Below, one piece after another: positions 1-11,505 of a DNA stretch of 64,000 nt (its first letter is position 1; every line of letters begins with the position of its first letter). The position numbers and the translations under genes were made by a program. This stretch comes from Conexibacter sp. Lineage in GTDB: Bacteria; Actinomycetota; Thermoleophilia; Solirubrobacterales; Solirubrobacteraceae. The stretch covers positions 1,803 to 65,802 of the forward strand of contig DASVFS010000233.1 of assembly GCA_036379915.1 (NCBI GenBank). The letters run 5' to 3'. The notes beneath the pieces were generated by a model. That model made no database searches, had not been told where the DNA came from, and saw nothing but the letters and a program-made list of their open reading frames with translations.

Positions 1-285
1 CTGGACGCTGCGCGGGTCGCGCAGCGCTCTCGCACGCTGCAGCAGCGCCTCGTGCTCGCGCTGGAGCTCCTGCACGTGCGCCTGCTTCGCGTTCGACTCG
101 CGCCACGTCGACAGCAGCGACCGCGCCGGGCCGATGTACGCGAGCGCGACGAACAGCAACAGCGCGAGCAGCGCGACGCGCCCGACGCGGTCCCACCGCA
201 CGCGCAGCGCGGCGGCGCCGAGCGCCGTCGTCGCGGTCGGCCGAGCGGGCGGGCGGCGAGCGGCAGCGGATCCAGCAGGCGGCAT
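1..285 (-). CDS. Septum formation initiator FtsB/DivIC family protein (3' end outside window)
   Basis: Own translation from ATG 285: ...RVRWDRVGRVALLALLLFVALAYIGPARSLLSTWRESNAKQAHVQELQREHEALLQRARALRDP (TM helix + coiled coil); canonical position after eno. Confidence 0.8.
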   Translation of the reverse strand, partial: MPPAGSAAARRPPARPTATTALGAAALRVRWDRVGRVALLALLLFVALAYIGPARSLLSTWRESNAKQAHVQELQREHEALLQRARALRDPRSVQ

Positions 286-327
286 CGCGACCCCTTTCGC
301 GGGCCGCCCGCGTTCTCCTTCCCGCGG

Positions 328-2405
<2,078 letters not shown>

Positions 2406-2415
2406 GCGCGGGAGG

Positions 2416-3573
2416 CTACTGCCCGGTCGTGCTGGCGCCCGCGGGCGTCGAGGCGGCCGTCGAGGTGGTTCTCGGCGTCGGCGCGTTCTTGCAGAGCTGG
2501 ACGATGAAGCCCTCGCGGCAGTTCGTCTTGCCTCTCCAGCGCTCCTGGAAGTCTCTGACGAACGTGCTCATCCGCGTCTGCTGGCCCTGCTGCTCGAGCA
2601 GCGCTCTGATCTGCGTTCTCGACGCGGAGAGCGGCGTCTGTCTCGCGGGCGCGATGCTCGTCACGCGCAGGACGTAGTAGCCGAACTGGCCCTTGACCGG
2701 TCCGACGATCACGCCCTTTCTGGCGCCGAAGGCGGCCTGATCGAAGGCTCTGTCCTGCTGGCCCTGGCTGACGCCCTTCAGTTCGCCGCCGGTCGCCTTC
2801 GAGGCGGCGTCGGTCGAGTACTGTCTTGCGGCCGCGGCCCAGCTGGTGCCGTTCTGGACGGCGCTCTTGGCGGCGTTCGCCTGCGCCGCCGTTCTCGTCA
2901 GAATCAGCTGCACGTCGCGCCGCTCGGGCACCGCGAACTGTGCTCTGTTTCTGTTGTAGTAGCTCTGGACCTGCGCGTCGGTGACGGGCGAGGCGCTGCT
3001 CTGGATCTTTCTCGTGAGCGCTGCGGCGAGCGCCTGTATGCGGACGCGCTCGAGCACGTCGTCCTCGGTCATCCCCGACTGGTCGAGGAATCTCTGGTAC
3101 GCCTTTTCGGTCGGGAACGACTGTCTCTTGGTGGCCGCGAACTGTCTTCTGACGTCGGCGTCGGTGACGTTCACGTCCTGCGCCTCGGCCTCTTTCTCTA
3201 TCCAGAGGTTCTGGATGAGCGTGCCCACCGTCTGCTGGACGATCGCTTCGTTCTGCTGTCTGCACTGGGCGCGCAGGGTGACGTCGGTCGGCGCCGGCTG
3301 ACCTCTCGCCGGTCTCGACTGTCTGCGCAGCGCAGCGATGCATCTCGTGAACGTCGGCGGATCGGGGATCACGGCCTCCGCGCCGCCCTGGGCGGAGCTC
3401 CTCGCCGTGACCTCGGCCCACTTCTCGTACTGGTCTCTGGTGATCGCCGTGCCGTCGACGCTCGCGATCGCGTCTCCGGGCACGCTGTTGTCGCTGCTGC
3501 CGCAGGCGACCAGCGCGGTCGCGACCACAAAAAAGGCGCCCAGCGCCAGAAGGATGCGAAGTGTTGTCCTCAC
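2416..3573 (-). CDS. PrsA/SurA-type peptidyl-prolyl isomerase lipoprotein
   Basis: Lipobox LVAC after hydrophobic signal; parvulin motifs AARQYSTD..S...GGEL and GPVKGQFGYYV; GTG start at 3573 inferred. Confidence 0.88.
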   Translation of the reverse strand: MRTTLRILLALGAFFVVATALVACGSSDNSVPGDAIASVDGTAITRDQYEKWAEVTARSSAQGGAEAVIPDPPTFTRCIAALRRQSRPARGQPAPTDVTLRAQCRQQNEAIVQQTVGTLIQNLWIEKEAEAQDVNVTDADVRRQFAATKRQSFPTEKAYQRFLDQSGMTEDDVLERVRIQALAAALTRKIQSSASPVTDAQVQSYYNRNRAQFAVPERRDVQLILTRTAAQANAAKSAVQNGTSWAAAARQYSTDAASKATGGELKGVSQGQQDRAFDQAAFGARKGVIVGPVKGQFGYYVLRVTSIAPARQTPLSASRTQIRALLEQQGQQTRMSTFVRDFQERWRGKTNCREGFIVQLCKNAPTPRTTSTAASTPAGASTTGQ

Positions 3574-3689
3574 GAGCAGGGGCACTCTAGCGAACCCGCG
3601 CACGCCGGTGCGTCAGTTGCGCCAATCGTTATCCAACTTTTAGCCGCGGGCCTTCGACCATCGGCCGGAAAATTGGCGAATAGCAGGAC

Positions 3690-6600
3690 TTAAGCCGCCT
3701 GGCGCGTGACCGCCAGCAGCACGTCGGCAGCGCGCACCACGGCCGGGAAGCGGGCGGCCGGGTCCTCCGGCACGCGCATCGACAGCTGCGACTTGCCCGA
3801 CTCGTAGAGCGCCTCCGGGATCTGCTCGCGGATCGCCTTCGCGCGCCGCGAGTCGAGCTCGATCGGCGTCACCGCGAGGCGGCCGCCGCGGAAGCTGACG
3901 GCGCGCGCACCGGCCTCGCCGAGCTTGATGCGCGCCTGCTGCAGCAGCAGCAGGTTCTCCAGCGGCGGCGGCAACTCGCCGAAGCGATCCTGCAGCTCGG
4001 TGCGCAGCTCGTGCAGCTCGGCCACCTCGCGCGCGCCGGCGATGCGGCGGTGCACGTCGATCTTCGCCTGCTCGTACGGGACGTAGTCGGCCGGCACGTA
4101 GGCGTCGACGTTGACGTCGAGTCTGACCGGCTCCCAGTCCTCGTCGGCGGCGGCGCCATCGCCGCCGAGCTCCGCGACCGCCTCGTCGAGCATCTGCATG
4201 TACAGCTCGAACCCCAGCGCGGCGACGTGGCCCGACTGCTCGTCGCCGAGCAGGTTCCCCGCCCCGCGCAGCTCGAGGTCGCGCATCGCGACCTTGAAGC
4301 CGGCGCCGAGCTCGGTGTAGTCCGACAGCGCCGACAGCCGCTGCGCGGCCTCGGGCGTCAGCGCGGCCGCCGACGGATAGAGCAGATACGCGTACGCGCG
4401 CTCGCGGCTCCGGCCCACGCGCCCGCGGATCTGGTAGAGCTGCGCGAGCCCGAAGTGGTCCGCGCGCTCCACGATCAGCGTGTTCGCCTGCGGGATGTCG
4501 ATGCCCGACTCGATGATGCTGGTCGCGACGAGCACGTCCGCCTCGCCGCGCAGGAACGCCAGCATCCGCTCCTCGAGCTGGTGCTCGTCGAGCTGGCCGT
4601 GCGCGACGACGAAGCGCGCCTGCGGCACGAGCCCGCGCAGCCGCTCCGCCGTCTCGTCGATCGTCTCGACCCGGTTGTGCAGGAAGAACACCTGTCCGCT
4701 GCGCGCCAGCTCGCGCTCGATCGCGGCCTTCACGAGCTGCTCGTCGTACTCGCCCACGTACGTCTTGACGGGGCGGCGGCCCTCCGGCGGCGTCTCGATC
4801 ACCGACAGGTCGCGGATCCCGGCGATCGACATCTGCAGCGTGCGCGGGATCGGCGTCGCGCTCATCGCGAGCACGTCGACTCTCAGCTTCAGCTGGCGCA
4901 GCAGCTCCTTCTGCTTGACGCCGAAGCGCTGCTCCTCGTCGACGATCAGGAGGCCGAGGTCCTTCGCGCGCACGTCGCGCGAGAGCAGCCGGTGCGTGCC
5001 GATCAGGATGTCGACCCTCCCCTCGCCGAACGCCTTGATCGCCGCTCTCTGCTCGGCCGCCGGACGAAAGCGCGAGACGTGCTCGATCGTGAACGGGTAG
5101 TCCTTCAGCCGCTCCTTGAAGGTGCCGTAGTGCTGCTGCGCGAGGATCGTGGTGGGGACGAGCACCATCACCTGTCTGCCGTCGGCGGCCGCCTTGAAGG
5201 CGGCACGGAGGGCGACCTCCGTCTTGCCGTAGCCGACGTCGCCGCAGATCAGGCGGTCCATCGGGCGGCCCGTCTCCATGTCGGCCTTGACCTGCTCGAT
5301 CGCCTCGCGCTGGTCGGCCGTCTCGCGGTAGGGCCACGCGTCCTCGAACTCGCGCTGCCAGTCCGTGTCGGGCGGGTAGGGATGGCCCTCGCGACGGCGC
5401 CGCTCGGCGTAGAGGTTGAGCAGCTCGCCGGCCAGCTCCTGAGCGGCTCTGCGGGCGCGCGACTTGATCGTCTCCCAGCGCGTGCCGCCGAGCTTCGAGA
5501 GCGGCGGATGCGCGCCGTCGGCGCCGACGTAGCGGCTGATCTTGGCGAACTGGTCGACCGGCAGGAAGACCTTGTCGGTGCCGGCGTACTCGAGGTTCAG
5601 GTAGTCGCGCGTGACGCCCGCGACGGTCTTCGTGTCGAAGCCGGCGAAGCGCGCGAGCCCGTGGTCCTCGTGCACGACAATGTCGCCGGTGCGCAGGTCG
5701 GTGAAGGAGCGCAGCGCGCCGCGGCGGCGGCCGCCCGCGGCCTGTCCCCCGGTGCGCGCGGCGCGACGGCGGAACAGCCGGTGCTCGGGGACCACCGCGA
5801 GTCTGAAGCCGGGCGCGACGAAGCCGTCGCGCAGGCGCGCCTCGGCGAACGCCAGGTCCGGGCGGGTGGGAACCGCGTTCCCGCTGCCGTCGACCCAGCG
5901 GACCTTCAGGCGGCCGAGGTTGTAGGCGGCGCGCTCCCCTTCGCCTCTGGCGCCGAACGCGACGATCGTGCGGTAGCCGGAGCGCACGAGTCTCTCCAGC
6001 TCCGGCTCGGCGTCTCTCACGCTGCGCGCGGCAACGTCCGCCGCCTGCCCGCGGAACTGGAACGGCTGGTGCTGGTCGATCGCCGACAAACGCACCTTCG
6101 CGCGCGCGTCGAGGGCAGTCTCGATCGCGCCCGGAGCGATGTAGAGGTGGTGTGCGTCCTCGTCGTGGAACGCGTTGCAGACGTCGGTCCAGTGGTCGAC
6201 CAGCGCCGGTGCGATCTCCTCCTCGGCCGCGATCAGCACGGCGGCGTCGGGCACGAGGTCGAGCATCGCGTGGAAGTCGCCGACCGGCAGCAGCTCCGCC
6301 ACGTCGGGGCGCTCCGCCCCCTCGCCTGCGATCGCGGCGACCTCCGCCAGCTCACGATGCTCGGCCGCCAGCTCGGCGGCGGGCGCCACCTCGACCTCGT
6401 CGACGTCGCCGAGCGAGCGCTGGGTGAAGGTCGAGAACCAGCGCAGCGACTCGATCTCGACGTCGAACAGGTCGACGCGGATCGCGTGGTCCTCGGTCGC
6501 CGGGAAGACGTCGAGCAGGCCGCCGCGGATCGCGAACTGGCCGCGGTCCTCGACCTGCTCGACGCGCTCGTAGCCGGCGGCGACGAGGTCCGCGGCGCAC

Positions 6601-7058
6601 TCGTCGAGATCCAGCAGGTCCCCTCTTCTGAGCGTGAAGCCGTGCGGGCGCAGTCTCGGATCGGGAACCTTCTCCGACAGCGCGACGGCGGAGACGACGA
6701 CGACCGGCGCGCCGTGGGCGCCAGCCGTGGCCTCGTCGTCGAGCAGCGCGTCGAGCGCCGCGACACGCAGGCCGACGAGGTGCGCCGGCGGGGCCAGGTG
6801 CGACTCGTACGTGACGCCGCGGCTCGGGTAGAAGCGCACCCTGCGCGGCGCGAGCCAGGTTCTGAGGTCGGCCGCGAGGTCACGCGCGTGGCGGTCGTCG
6901 CCGGCGACCACGAGCAGCGGCCTGGTCCGATCCTCGTCGGCGAGCGCCGCGACGAGGTACGGCTTGAGCGAGAGCGACACGAACGCGCGACCGCCCGCGC
7001 CGGCGAGCGCCGCGGTCTGCGGGTCGTCGGAGGCGTATGCGAGGAGGGCGCTGAGCAT
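3690..7058 (-). CDS. mfd: Transcription-repair coupling factor
   Basis: PMDRLICGDVGYGKTE, DEEQRFG, SATPIPRTL, QIRGRVGR, DLELRGAGNLLG; ATG 7058 inferred. Confidence 0.98.
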   Translation of the reverse strand: MLSALLAYASDDPQTAALAGAGGRAFVSLSLKPYLVAALADEDRTRPLLVVAGDDRHARDLAADLRTWLAPRRVRFYPSRGVTYESHLAPPAHLVGLRVAALDALLDDEATAGAHGAPVVVVSAVALSEKVPDPRLRPHGFTLRRGDLLDLDECAADLVAAGYERVEQVEDRGQFAIRGGLLDVFPATEDHAIRVDLFDVEIESLRWFSTFTQRSLGDVDEVEVAPAAELAAEHRELAEVAAIAGEGAERPDVAELLPVGDFHAMLDLVPDAAVLIAAEEEIAPALVDHWTDVCNAFHDEDAHHLYIAPGAIETALDARAKVRLSAIDQHQPFQFRGQAADVAARSVRDAEPELERLVRSGYRTIVAFGARGEGERAAYNLGRLKVRWVDGSGNAVPTRPDLAFAEARLRDGFVAPGFRLAVVPEHRLFRRRAARTGGQAAGGRRRGALRSFTDLRTGDIVVHEDHGLARFAGFDTKTVAGVTRDYLNLEYAGTDKVFLPVDQFAKISRYVGADGAHPPLSKLGGTRWETIKSRARRAAQELAGELLNLYAERRRREGHPYPPDTDWQREFEDAWPYRETADQREAIEQVKADMETGRPMDRLICGDVGYGKTEVALRAAFKAAADGRQVMVLVPTTILAQQHYGTFKERLKDYPFTIEHVSRFRPAAEQRAAIKAFGEGRVDILIGTHRLLSRDVRAKDLGLLIVDEEQRFGVKQKELLRQLKLRVDVLAMSATPIPRTLQMSIAGIRDLSVIETPPEGRRPVKTYVGEYDEQLVKAAIERELARSGQVFFLHNRVETIDETAERLRGLVPQARFVVAHGQLDEHQLEERMLAFLRGEADVLVATSIIESGIDIPQANTLIVERADHFGLAQLYQIRGRVGRSRERAYAYLLYPSAAALTPEAAQRLSALSDYTELGAGFKVAMRDLELRGAGNLLGDEQSGHVAALGFELYMQMLDEAVAELGGDGAAADEDWEPVRLDVNVDAYVPADYVPYEQAKIDVHRRIAGAREVAELHELRTELQDRFGELPPPLENLLLLQQARIKLGEAGARAVSFRGGRLAVTPIELDSRRAKAIREQIPEALYESGKSQLSMRVPEDPAARFPAVVRAADVLLAVTRQAA

Positions 7059-7240
7059 CGGAGCGGGCACGCAGAACGGCCGCGCAGCGGCTGCGCGGCC
7101 TCTGGGTTGAGTGTACGTGGCGGCGCTCCGTTCGAGCGGTCTCGCGGTGCGGGGCGCCGCCCGAGGCCATCGAGGGCGACGTGCGGCGGGGTCCGCGCCC
7201 CGACCGCGCGAGCGCTCAGCGGCCACCGATCCCCGCTCCG

Positions 7241-7318
7241 CCGTGCACCAGACGAATGAGTGTCAACTTTTATCCCTTATAGGGGCAAAACTTGACACTC
7301 ACGGGACCGGTGCATCGG
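7241..7318. repeat. AT-rich long imperfect palindrome between pth and mfd
   Basis: TGAGTGTCAA (7257-7266) / TTGACACTCA (7292-7301) perfect arms; inner TTTT/AAAA and TCCCT/AGGGG; outer TGCACC/GGTGCA. Confidence 0.75.
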
Positions 7319-7391
7319 AACCGCAACCCGTTCCCTCCCCCTCGAGGCCCACGGCGGGCGCCGCGCGCGCCCGCGACGCCCGAGCGGAGCG

Positions 7392-7988
7392 CTACCCGGC
7401 CAGCGACCGCGAGCCCAGCACGATCGACTCCGCCACGTCGGCGGCGTCCGCCACGAGCGCCTCCACGTCCCCGCGCGGCTCGCGGAATCTGCCGAGCACG
7501 TACGCGGCCACGCGATCCGGGTCGGTCGTCGGTGGGCGGTCCACGCCGATCCGCACGCGCGCGAAGTCGGCCGACCCGAGCTCGCGCTTCAGCGACTTCA
7601 GCCCGTTGTGGCCGGCCAGCCCGCCGCCGACGCGCGCGCGGATGTCGCCGAACGGCAGGTCGATCTCGTCGTGCAGGACCAGCACGCGCTCGAGCGGAAC
7701 TCTCAGCGCGCCGCGCGCCGGGCCGACCGAGCGGCCGGCCTCGTTCATGTACGTCTGCGGCAGCAGCACCGCGACGTGCGGGCGCTCGGCGCCGACGTCC
7801 GGCAGGCCGACGCGGCCGTCCGTGATCAGGCCGGCGTACTTCTTCTTCGCGCGCGCGAGCCCCCAGCGCGCGGCGAGCAGGTTGGCGACCTCGAAGCCGA
7901 CGTTGTGGCGCGTGCCGGCGTACTCCGAGCCCGGGTTCCCGAGCCCGACGATCAGCCAGTCGGTGCGCGCCGCCCCTGGCAGGCGCAC
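7392..7988 (-). CDS. pth: Peptidyl-tRNA hydrolase
   Basis: LIVGLGNPG..Y..TRHNVGF, PQTYMN, HDEID, GHNGLKS. Confidence 0.98.
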   Translation of the reverse strand: MRLPGAARTDWLIVGLGNPGSEYAGTRHNVGFEVANLLAARWGLARAKKKYAGLITDGRVGLPDVGAERPHVAVLLPQTYMNEAGRSVGPARGALRVPLERVLVLHDEIDLPFGDIRARVGGGLAGHNGLKSLKRELGSADFARVRIGVDRPPTTDPDRVAAYVLGRFREPRGDVEALVADAADVAESIVLGSRSLAG

Positions 7989-8001
7989 GGCGGCGGTGCG
8001 G

Positions 8002-8673
8002 CTACTCGCCGCCGTCCGAGGAGTCGCCCTCGGCGGCGGCCTCGCCCTCGGCGCCGCCCTCGCCGACGACCTCGGTCTCCGTCTCGAGCTCCTCGCTCGG
8101 CTCGACGGACAGCCGCGGCGGGGTGACCGTGACGATGACCGTCTCGGCGACGTCGTCGAGCAGCGTCACGCCCGCAGGCACGGTGACGGCGTCGAGCGTG
8201 ATCGTGTCGCCGATCTCGGCGGCGGAGACGTCGTGCACGATCGAGTCGGGGATCTCGTTCGGGAGCGCCTCGATGTTCAGCTCGCGCGTGACCTGCTCGA
8301 GCACGCCGCCGGCCTTCACGCCGGGCGCGTCGTCGACGCCGGTCAGCTCGAGCACGACGGTCGCGTGGATTCTCTGTCTGAGGTCGACGCGCAGCAGATC
8401 GACGTGCATCGTGTCGCCCGTGACCGGGTGGCGCTGCTGGTCCTTCAGCACGACCGGGGTGGCGCCCTCGCCCTCGACCGTGAGCGTGATCACGGCGCCG
8501 CCGTGCGCGAGCGCGTTGCGCAGCGTGCGCGCGTCGACCTGGAAGGCGATCGGCTCGCCTTCGCCGCCGTAGACGACGCCCGGAACGAGTCCGGTGCGAC
8601 GGAGGCGGCGGTTGGCGCGCGAGCCCTCGACGGTGCGAGGAGCGACGGTGAGGGTTGTCGTGTCGTCGGCCAT
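8002..8673 (-). CDS. rplY: 50S ribosomal protein L25/Ctc
   Basis: RRLRRTGLVPGVVYG, KDQQRHPV, HVDLLRV, long form; adjacent to pth. Confidence 0.96.
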   Translation of the reverse strand: MADDTTTLTVAPRTVEGSRANRRLRRTGLVPGVVYGGEGEPIAFQVDARTLRNALAHGGAVITLTVEGEGATPVVLKDQQRHPVTGDTMHVDLLRVDLRQRIHATVVLELTGVDDAPGVKAGGVLEQVTRELNIEALPNEIPDSIVHDVSAAEIGDTITLDAVTVPAGVTLLDDVAETVIVTVTPPRLSVEPSEELETETEVVGEGGAEGEAAAEGDSSDGGE

Positions 8674-8735
8674 GAGCGGCGACGCAGCTTAGCGCAAACC
8701 CTGCGCAGCCCGACGCGCGGCGCTAGGCTGGTCTC

Positions 8736-9077
8736 ATGGGAGACGAGACGCTTCTCGTCGCACTCTTGGGCGGACTGCACCTGCTCGGCTTCGGCTTCGC
8801 CGCCGTGCTGCTGCTGCCGCTGCTGCGGGACGAACGGATCGTCCCGGTCACACGCAGCGAGGAGGACGACGACGGGGGCGGCGGCAACGATCGCGTGCGC
8901 CCCGCGCCGCAACCCGGTCCGCGCGGCGGCGGCATTCCGCTGCCGGATGCGCTCCCCGCGCGCGTGCGCCTGCGCGAGCCGGGTCGCCTCGCGGACCTGC
9001 TGCCCGCGCAACCGCGGCGCCGACGCGAGCACGCGCCGACGCGGATCCGTCCGCACACGCCGGCGCGCAGCCGCTAG
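8736..9077 (+). CDS. Small membrane-anchored hypothetical protein
   Basis: N-terminal TM segment, DDDGGGG linker, Pro/Arg-rich tail; TAGGCT -10-like hexamer 6 nt before ATG. Confidence 0.7.
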   Translation: MGDETLLVALLGGLHLLGFGFAAVLLLPLLRDERIVPVTRSEEDDDGGGGNDRVRPAPQPGPRGGGIPLPDALPARVRLREPGRLADLLPAQPRRRREHAPTRIRPHTPARSR

Positions 9078-10996
9078 CTTCTGCCGCCGCCGCGCGCGAC
9101 GTACTGGCGCACCTGCGCGTGGCCCTCCGCGAGCGCGGTGAACGCGGGCTTCTTCGTCCAGTCGAGCCGCACCAGCCCCTTCTGGTGCAGCGGCGGCGCG
9201 CCCCACGGGTTCCCGCCCCCCCAGAACGGCCGCACGCGGAACTCCTGGAGCGCCCAATAGACGCTGCCCGCGAGCCACGGCTTCGTCGCGAACACGCCGA
9301 GGTGGAAGCGCACGAAGTCCTCCTGGAAGGCGTAGGTGCCCTTCTCCTCCAGCGGACCGTCGCGGTTCGCCTCGGCGCCGTACTCTGTCACCGCGATCGC
9401 CTTGCGCGGGTAGCAGCGGCGCAGGTCGTCGAGGAACGCCGACAGCTGATCGCGGTCGGCGATGTTGCCGCCGAAGCCCGTGTACCAGCCGAAGTAGTCG
9501 TTCATCCCGAGCAGCTCGATCGGCGCGTAGGCGGCCTGGCACGGCGTCTCCGGATGGCCGGCGAACGCGAGCGCGACGGGTCGCGAGGGGTCGAGCTGCT
9601 TCGCGAGCGCCGCGGCGGCTCTCAGGTAGGACGCCTGGTTGCGCCCGGCCGCGCTCGCCATCTCGTTCCCGACCGACCAGGCGAGCACGGACGGGTGGTT
9701 GCGGTTGGCGAGGATGTCGGCTCTGAGCTGATCGAGCGCCGTCGTGCGGAAGACGGCGCGGCCGAGGTCCGCTTCCGGCAGCTGGTAGGGCGCCGGGACC
9801 TCGGACCAGATCAGGATCCCCGCCGCGTCGGCGAGGTCCTGGAAGTCCGGGTCGAGCGGGTAGTGGGCGCGCAGCAGCGTCGAGTGCGACTGCTGCAGCA
9901 GCGCGATCACGCGCTGACGGTCGGCGCGACTCATCACCGGCCCGGTCGAGAGCGTGTCCTCGTGCAGCGCCGCGCCGCGGAAGTGGACGACGGTGCCGCC
10001 GTTGAGGATCAGCTGGCCGCTGCGGTTCACCGCCAGCGTGCGGATGCCGGTGCGGAGGCTGTAGCCGGCGGCGGGCGTCGCTCTGGCTCTGCCCTGAGCG
10101 GCGGTCGCGGAGAGCCGCACGCCGTAGAGGTTGGGCTGCGCGGGCGACCACAGTCGCGGCCGTCTGACGACGAGCTGGCGCGCGAACGCGGCGGTCGCGC
10201 GCGCCGGGATCGCCTGCGCCCCAAGGTCGACCGGCGCGCCGCCGAAGCGGCCGGTGAGGCGCACGAGCTGCGTGGCGCGCGAGACGTTGCGGACGCTCGC
10301 GCGCAGCGTGACCGTCGCCGCGCAGCGCGGGCAGCGCAGCTGCGGCACGACCTGCACGTCCTTCACGTCGACGCGGTCGACGGCGCGCAGCGAGACCTCG
10401 CGCAGGATCCCGCCGTAGTTCCACCAGCCGCCGGGCGGGCTCGGGATCTCGCCGGGCGCGCCGCTCGGGTCGTTCGCCGGCCGGCGGTTGTCGACGCGCA
10501 CGACGAGGCGGTTGACGCCTCTGCGCGCCACGTTCGGCAGGTCGAGCTCGAACGGCACGTAGCCGCTGGTGTGACCGCCGACTCTGCGGCCGTTCAGCCA
10601 CACCGTCGCGCGGTAGTTGACCGACTCGAAGCGCGCGATCCAGGCGAGCGCTCTGGCGCGCGAGGGCAGGCGGAAGTCCTTGCGGTACCAGGCGACCGAG
10701 CCGAGGAAGCTCGCCTGGCTGTCGTCGCCGGCGTTCCAGGCGCTCGGCACGGTCGCGGCGCTCCAGCCGTCGGTCGTGCGCTGGGCGTACAGGCGCTGCG
10801 CGAGGCCGGCGTCGGTCGGGTCGAGCCGCATGAGCCAGGTCCCGCCGAGCAGGTAGCGCTCGTCCGGCCCCTCGATCGCATGCGGTCTCGCGCTGGGCGT
10901 GTCGATCGTGTACGCGGGTCCGGCGGCGGCGCCGGCCGGACCGGCGAGCGCAACGACGAGGACCAGCAGGGGGAGCAGCGGCAGGCGACGGCGCAT
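9074..10996 (-). CDS. Secreted glycoside hydrolase family 2 (beta-galactosidase/glucuronidase-like)
   Basis: Signal peptide; FESVNYRATVWLNG, WNYGGILR, RAHYP, NHPSVLAWSVGNE, TEYGAE. Confidence 0.92.
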   Translation of the reverse strand: MRRRLPLLPLLVLVVALAGPAGAAAGPAYTIDTPSARPHAIEGPDERYLLGGTWLMRLDPTDAGLAQRLYAQRTTDGWSAATVPSAWNAGDDSQASFLGSVAWYRKDFRLPSRARALAWIARFESVNYRATVWLNGRRVGGHTSGYVPFELDLPNVARRGVNRLVVRVDNRRPANDPSGAPGEIPSPPGGWWNYGGILREVSLRAVDRVDVKDVQVVPQLRCPRCAATVTLRASVRNVSRATQLVRLTGRFGGAPVDLGAQAIPARATAAFARQLVVRRPRLWSPAQPNLYGVRLSATAAQGRARATPAAGYSLRTGIRTLAVNRSGQLILNGGTVVHFRGAALHEDTLSTGPVMSRADRQRVIALLQQSHSTLLRAHYPLDPDFQDLADAAGILIWSEVPAPYQLPEADLGRAVFRTTALDQLRADILANRNHPSVLAWSVGNEMASAAGRNQASYLRAAAALAKQLDPSRPVALAFAGHPETPCQAAYAPIELLGMNDYFGWYTGFGGNIADRDQLSAFLDDLRRCYPRKAIAVTEYGAEANRDGPLEEKGTYAFQEDFVRFHLGVFATKPWLAGSVYWALQEFRVRPFWGGGNPWGAPPLHQKGLVRLDWTKKPAFTALAEGHAQVRQYVARGGGRS

Positions 10997-11036
10997 CCGT
11001 GCGGCAGGGTACGACAGCGGGGCGATGGGCCGGAGG

Positions 11037-11495
11037 TCAGCCGACTGACGGACACGCCGACTGGCGCGCGATCGGCGAGCTGAGCGAGCGCAGCTCGACC
11101 GTCAGGCCGCCGATCACGTCACCGCCGCGGTGGACGTCGACGCACTGCACGACCGTCGTACGCGACGGGGTCTTCCACACGACCCGCGCAATGCCGTCGT
11201 GCCCACCGAGCGAGAAGCTCGTGGAGGCGTCGAGCCGCACGAGCTCGAGCTCCCCCGGCGAGCGCAGCCGCGTCGCCAGGCGGCGCGCTTCGGTCACGCA
11301 GGCCGGCCGCGTCGCGCAGCCCTGCAGGCGCGCCACGATCGCGGGCGCGTCGCCGCGCGCCTGCGCGCGCAGCAGCCCCACGATCGCCGACTGCTCCGCG
11401 CCGTTCGCGTTCAACACGCGTGCGAGCGCGACGCTGACCGCGAGGAACAGCACGAGCCCGGCCACGACGAGCAGGATCCTGAGGGGGCGCCGCAT
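11037..11495 (-). CDS. Hypothetical exported/membrane-anchored protein
   Basis: N-terminal hydrophobic helix, four Cys; coding-like codon pattern. Confidence 0.65.
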   Translation of the reverse strand: MRRPLRILLVVAGLVLFLAVSVALARVLNANGAEQSAIVGLLRAQARGDAPAIVARLQGCATRPACVTEARRLATRLRSPGELELVRLDASTSFSLGGHDGIARVVWKTPSRTTVVQCVDVHRGGDVIGGLTVELRSLSSPIARQSACPSVG

Positions 11496-11505
11496 CGCGG
11501 CGGGA

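Noticed and set aside
3630-3680. CAACTTTTA shared with 7264-7272, suggesting repeats flanking mfd; weak hairpin CCAACTTTT/AAAATTGG
   Set aside because: Only 9 bp, mfd is a core gene, and the region is more simply the AT-rich prsA promoter.
7257-7301. CIRCE or HAIR heat-shock operator
   Set aside because: Half-sites are in inverted order with 25-bp spacing; matches neither TTAGCACTC-N9-GAGTGCTAA nor CTTGAGT-N7-ACTCAAG.
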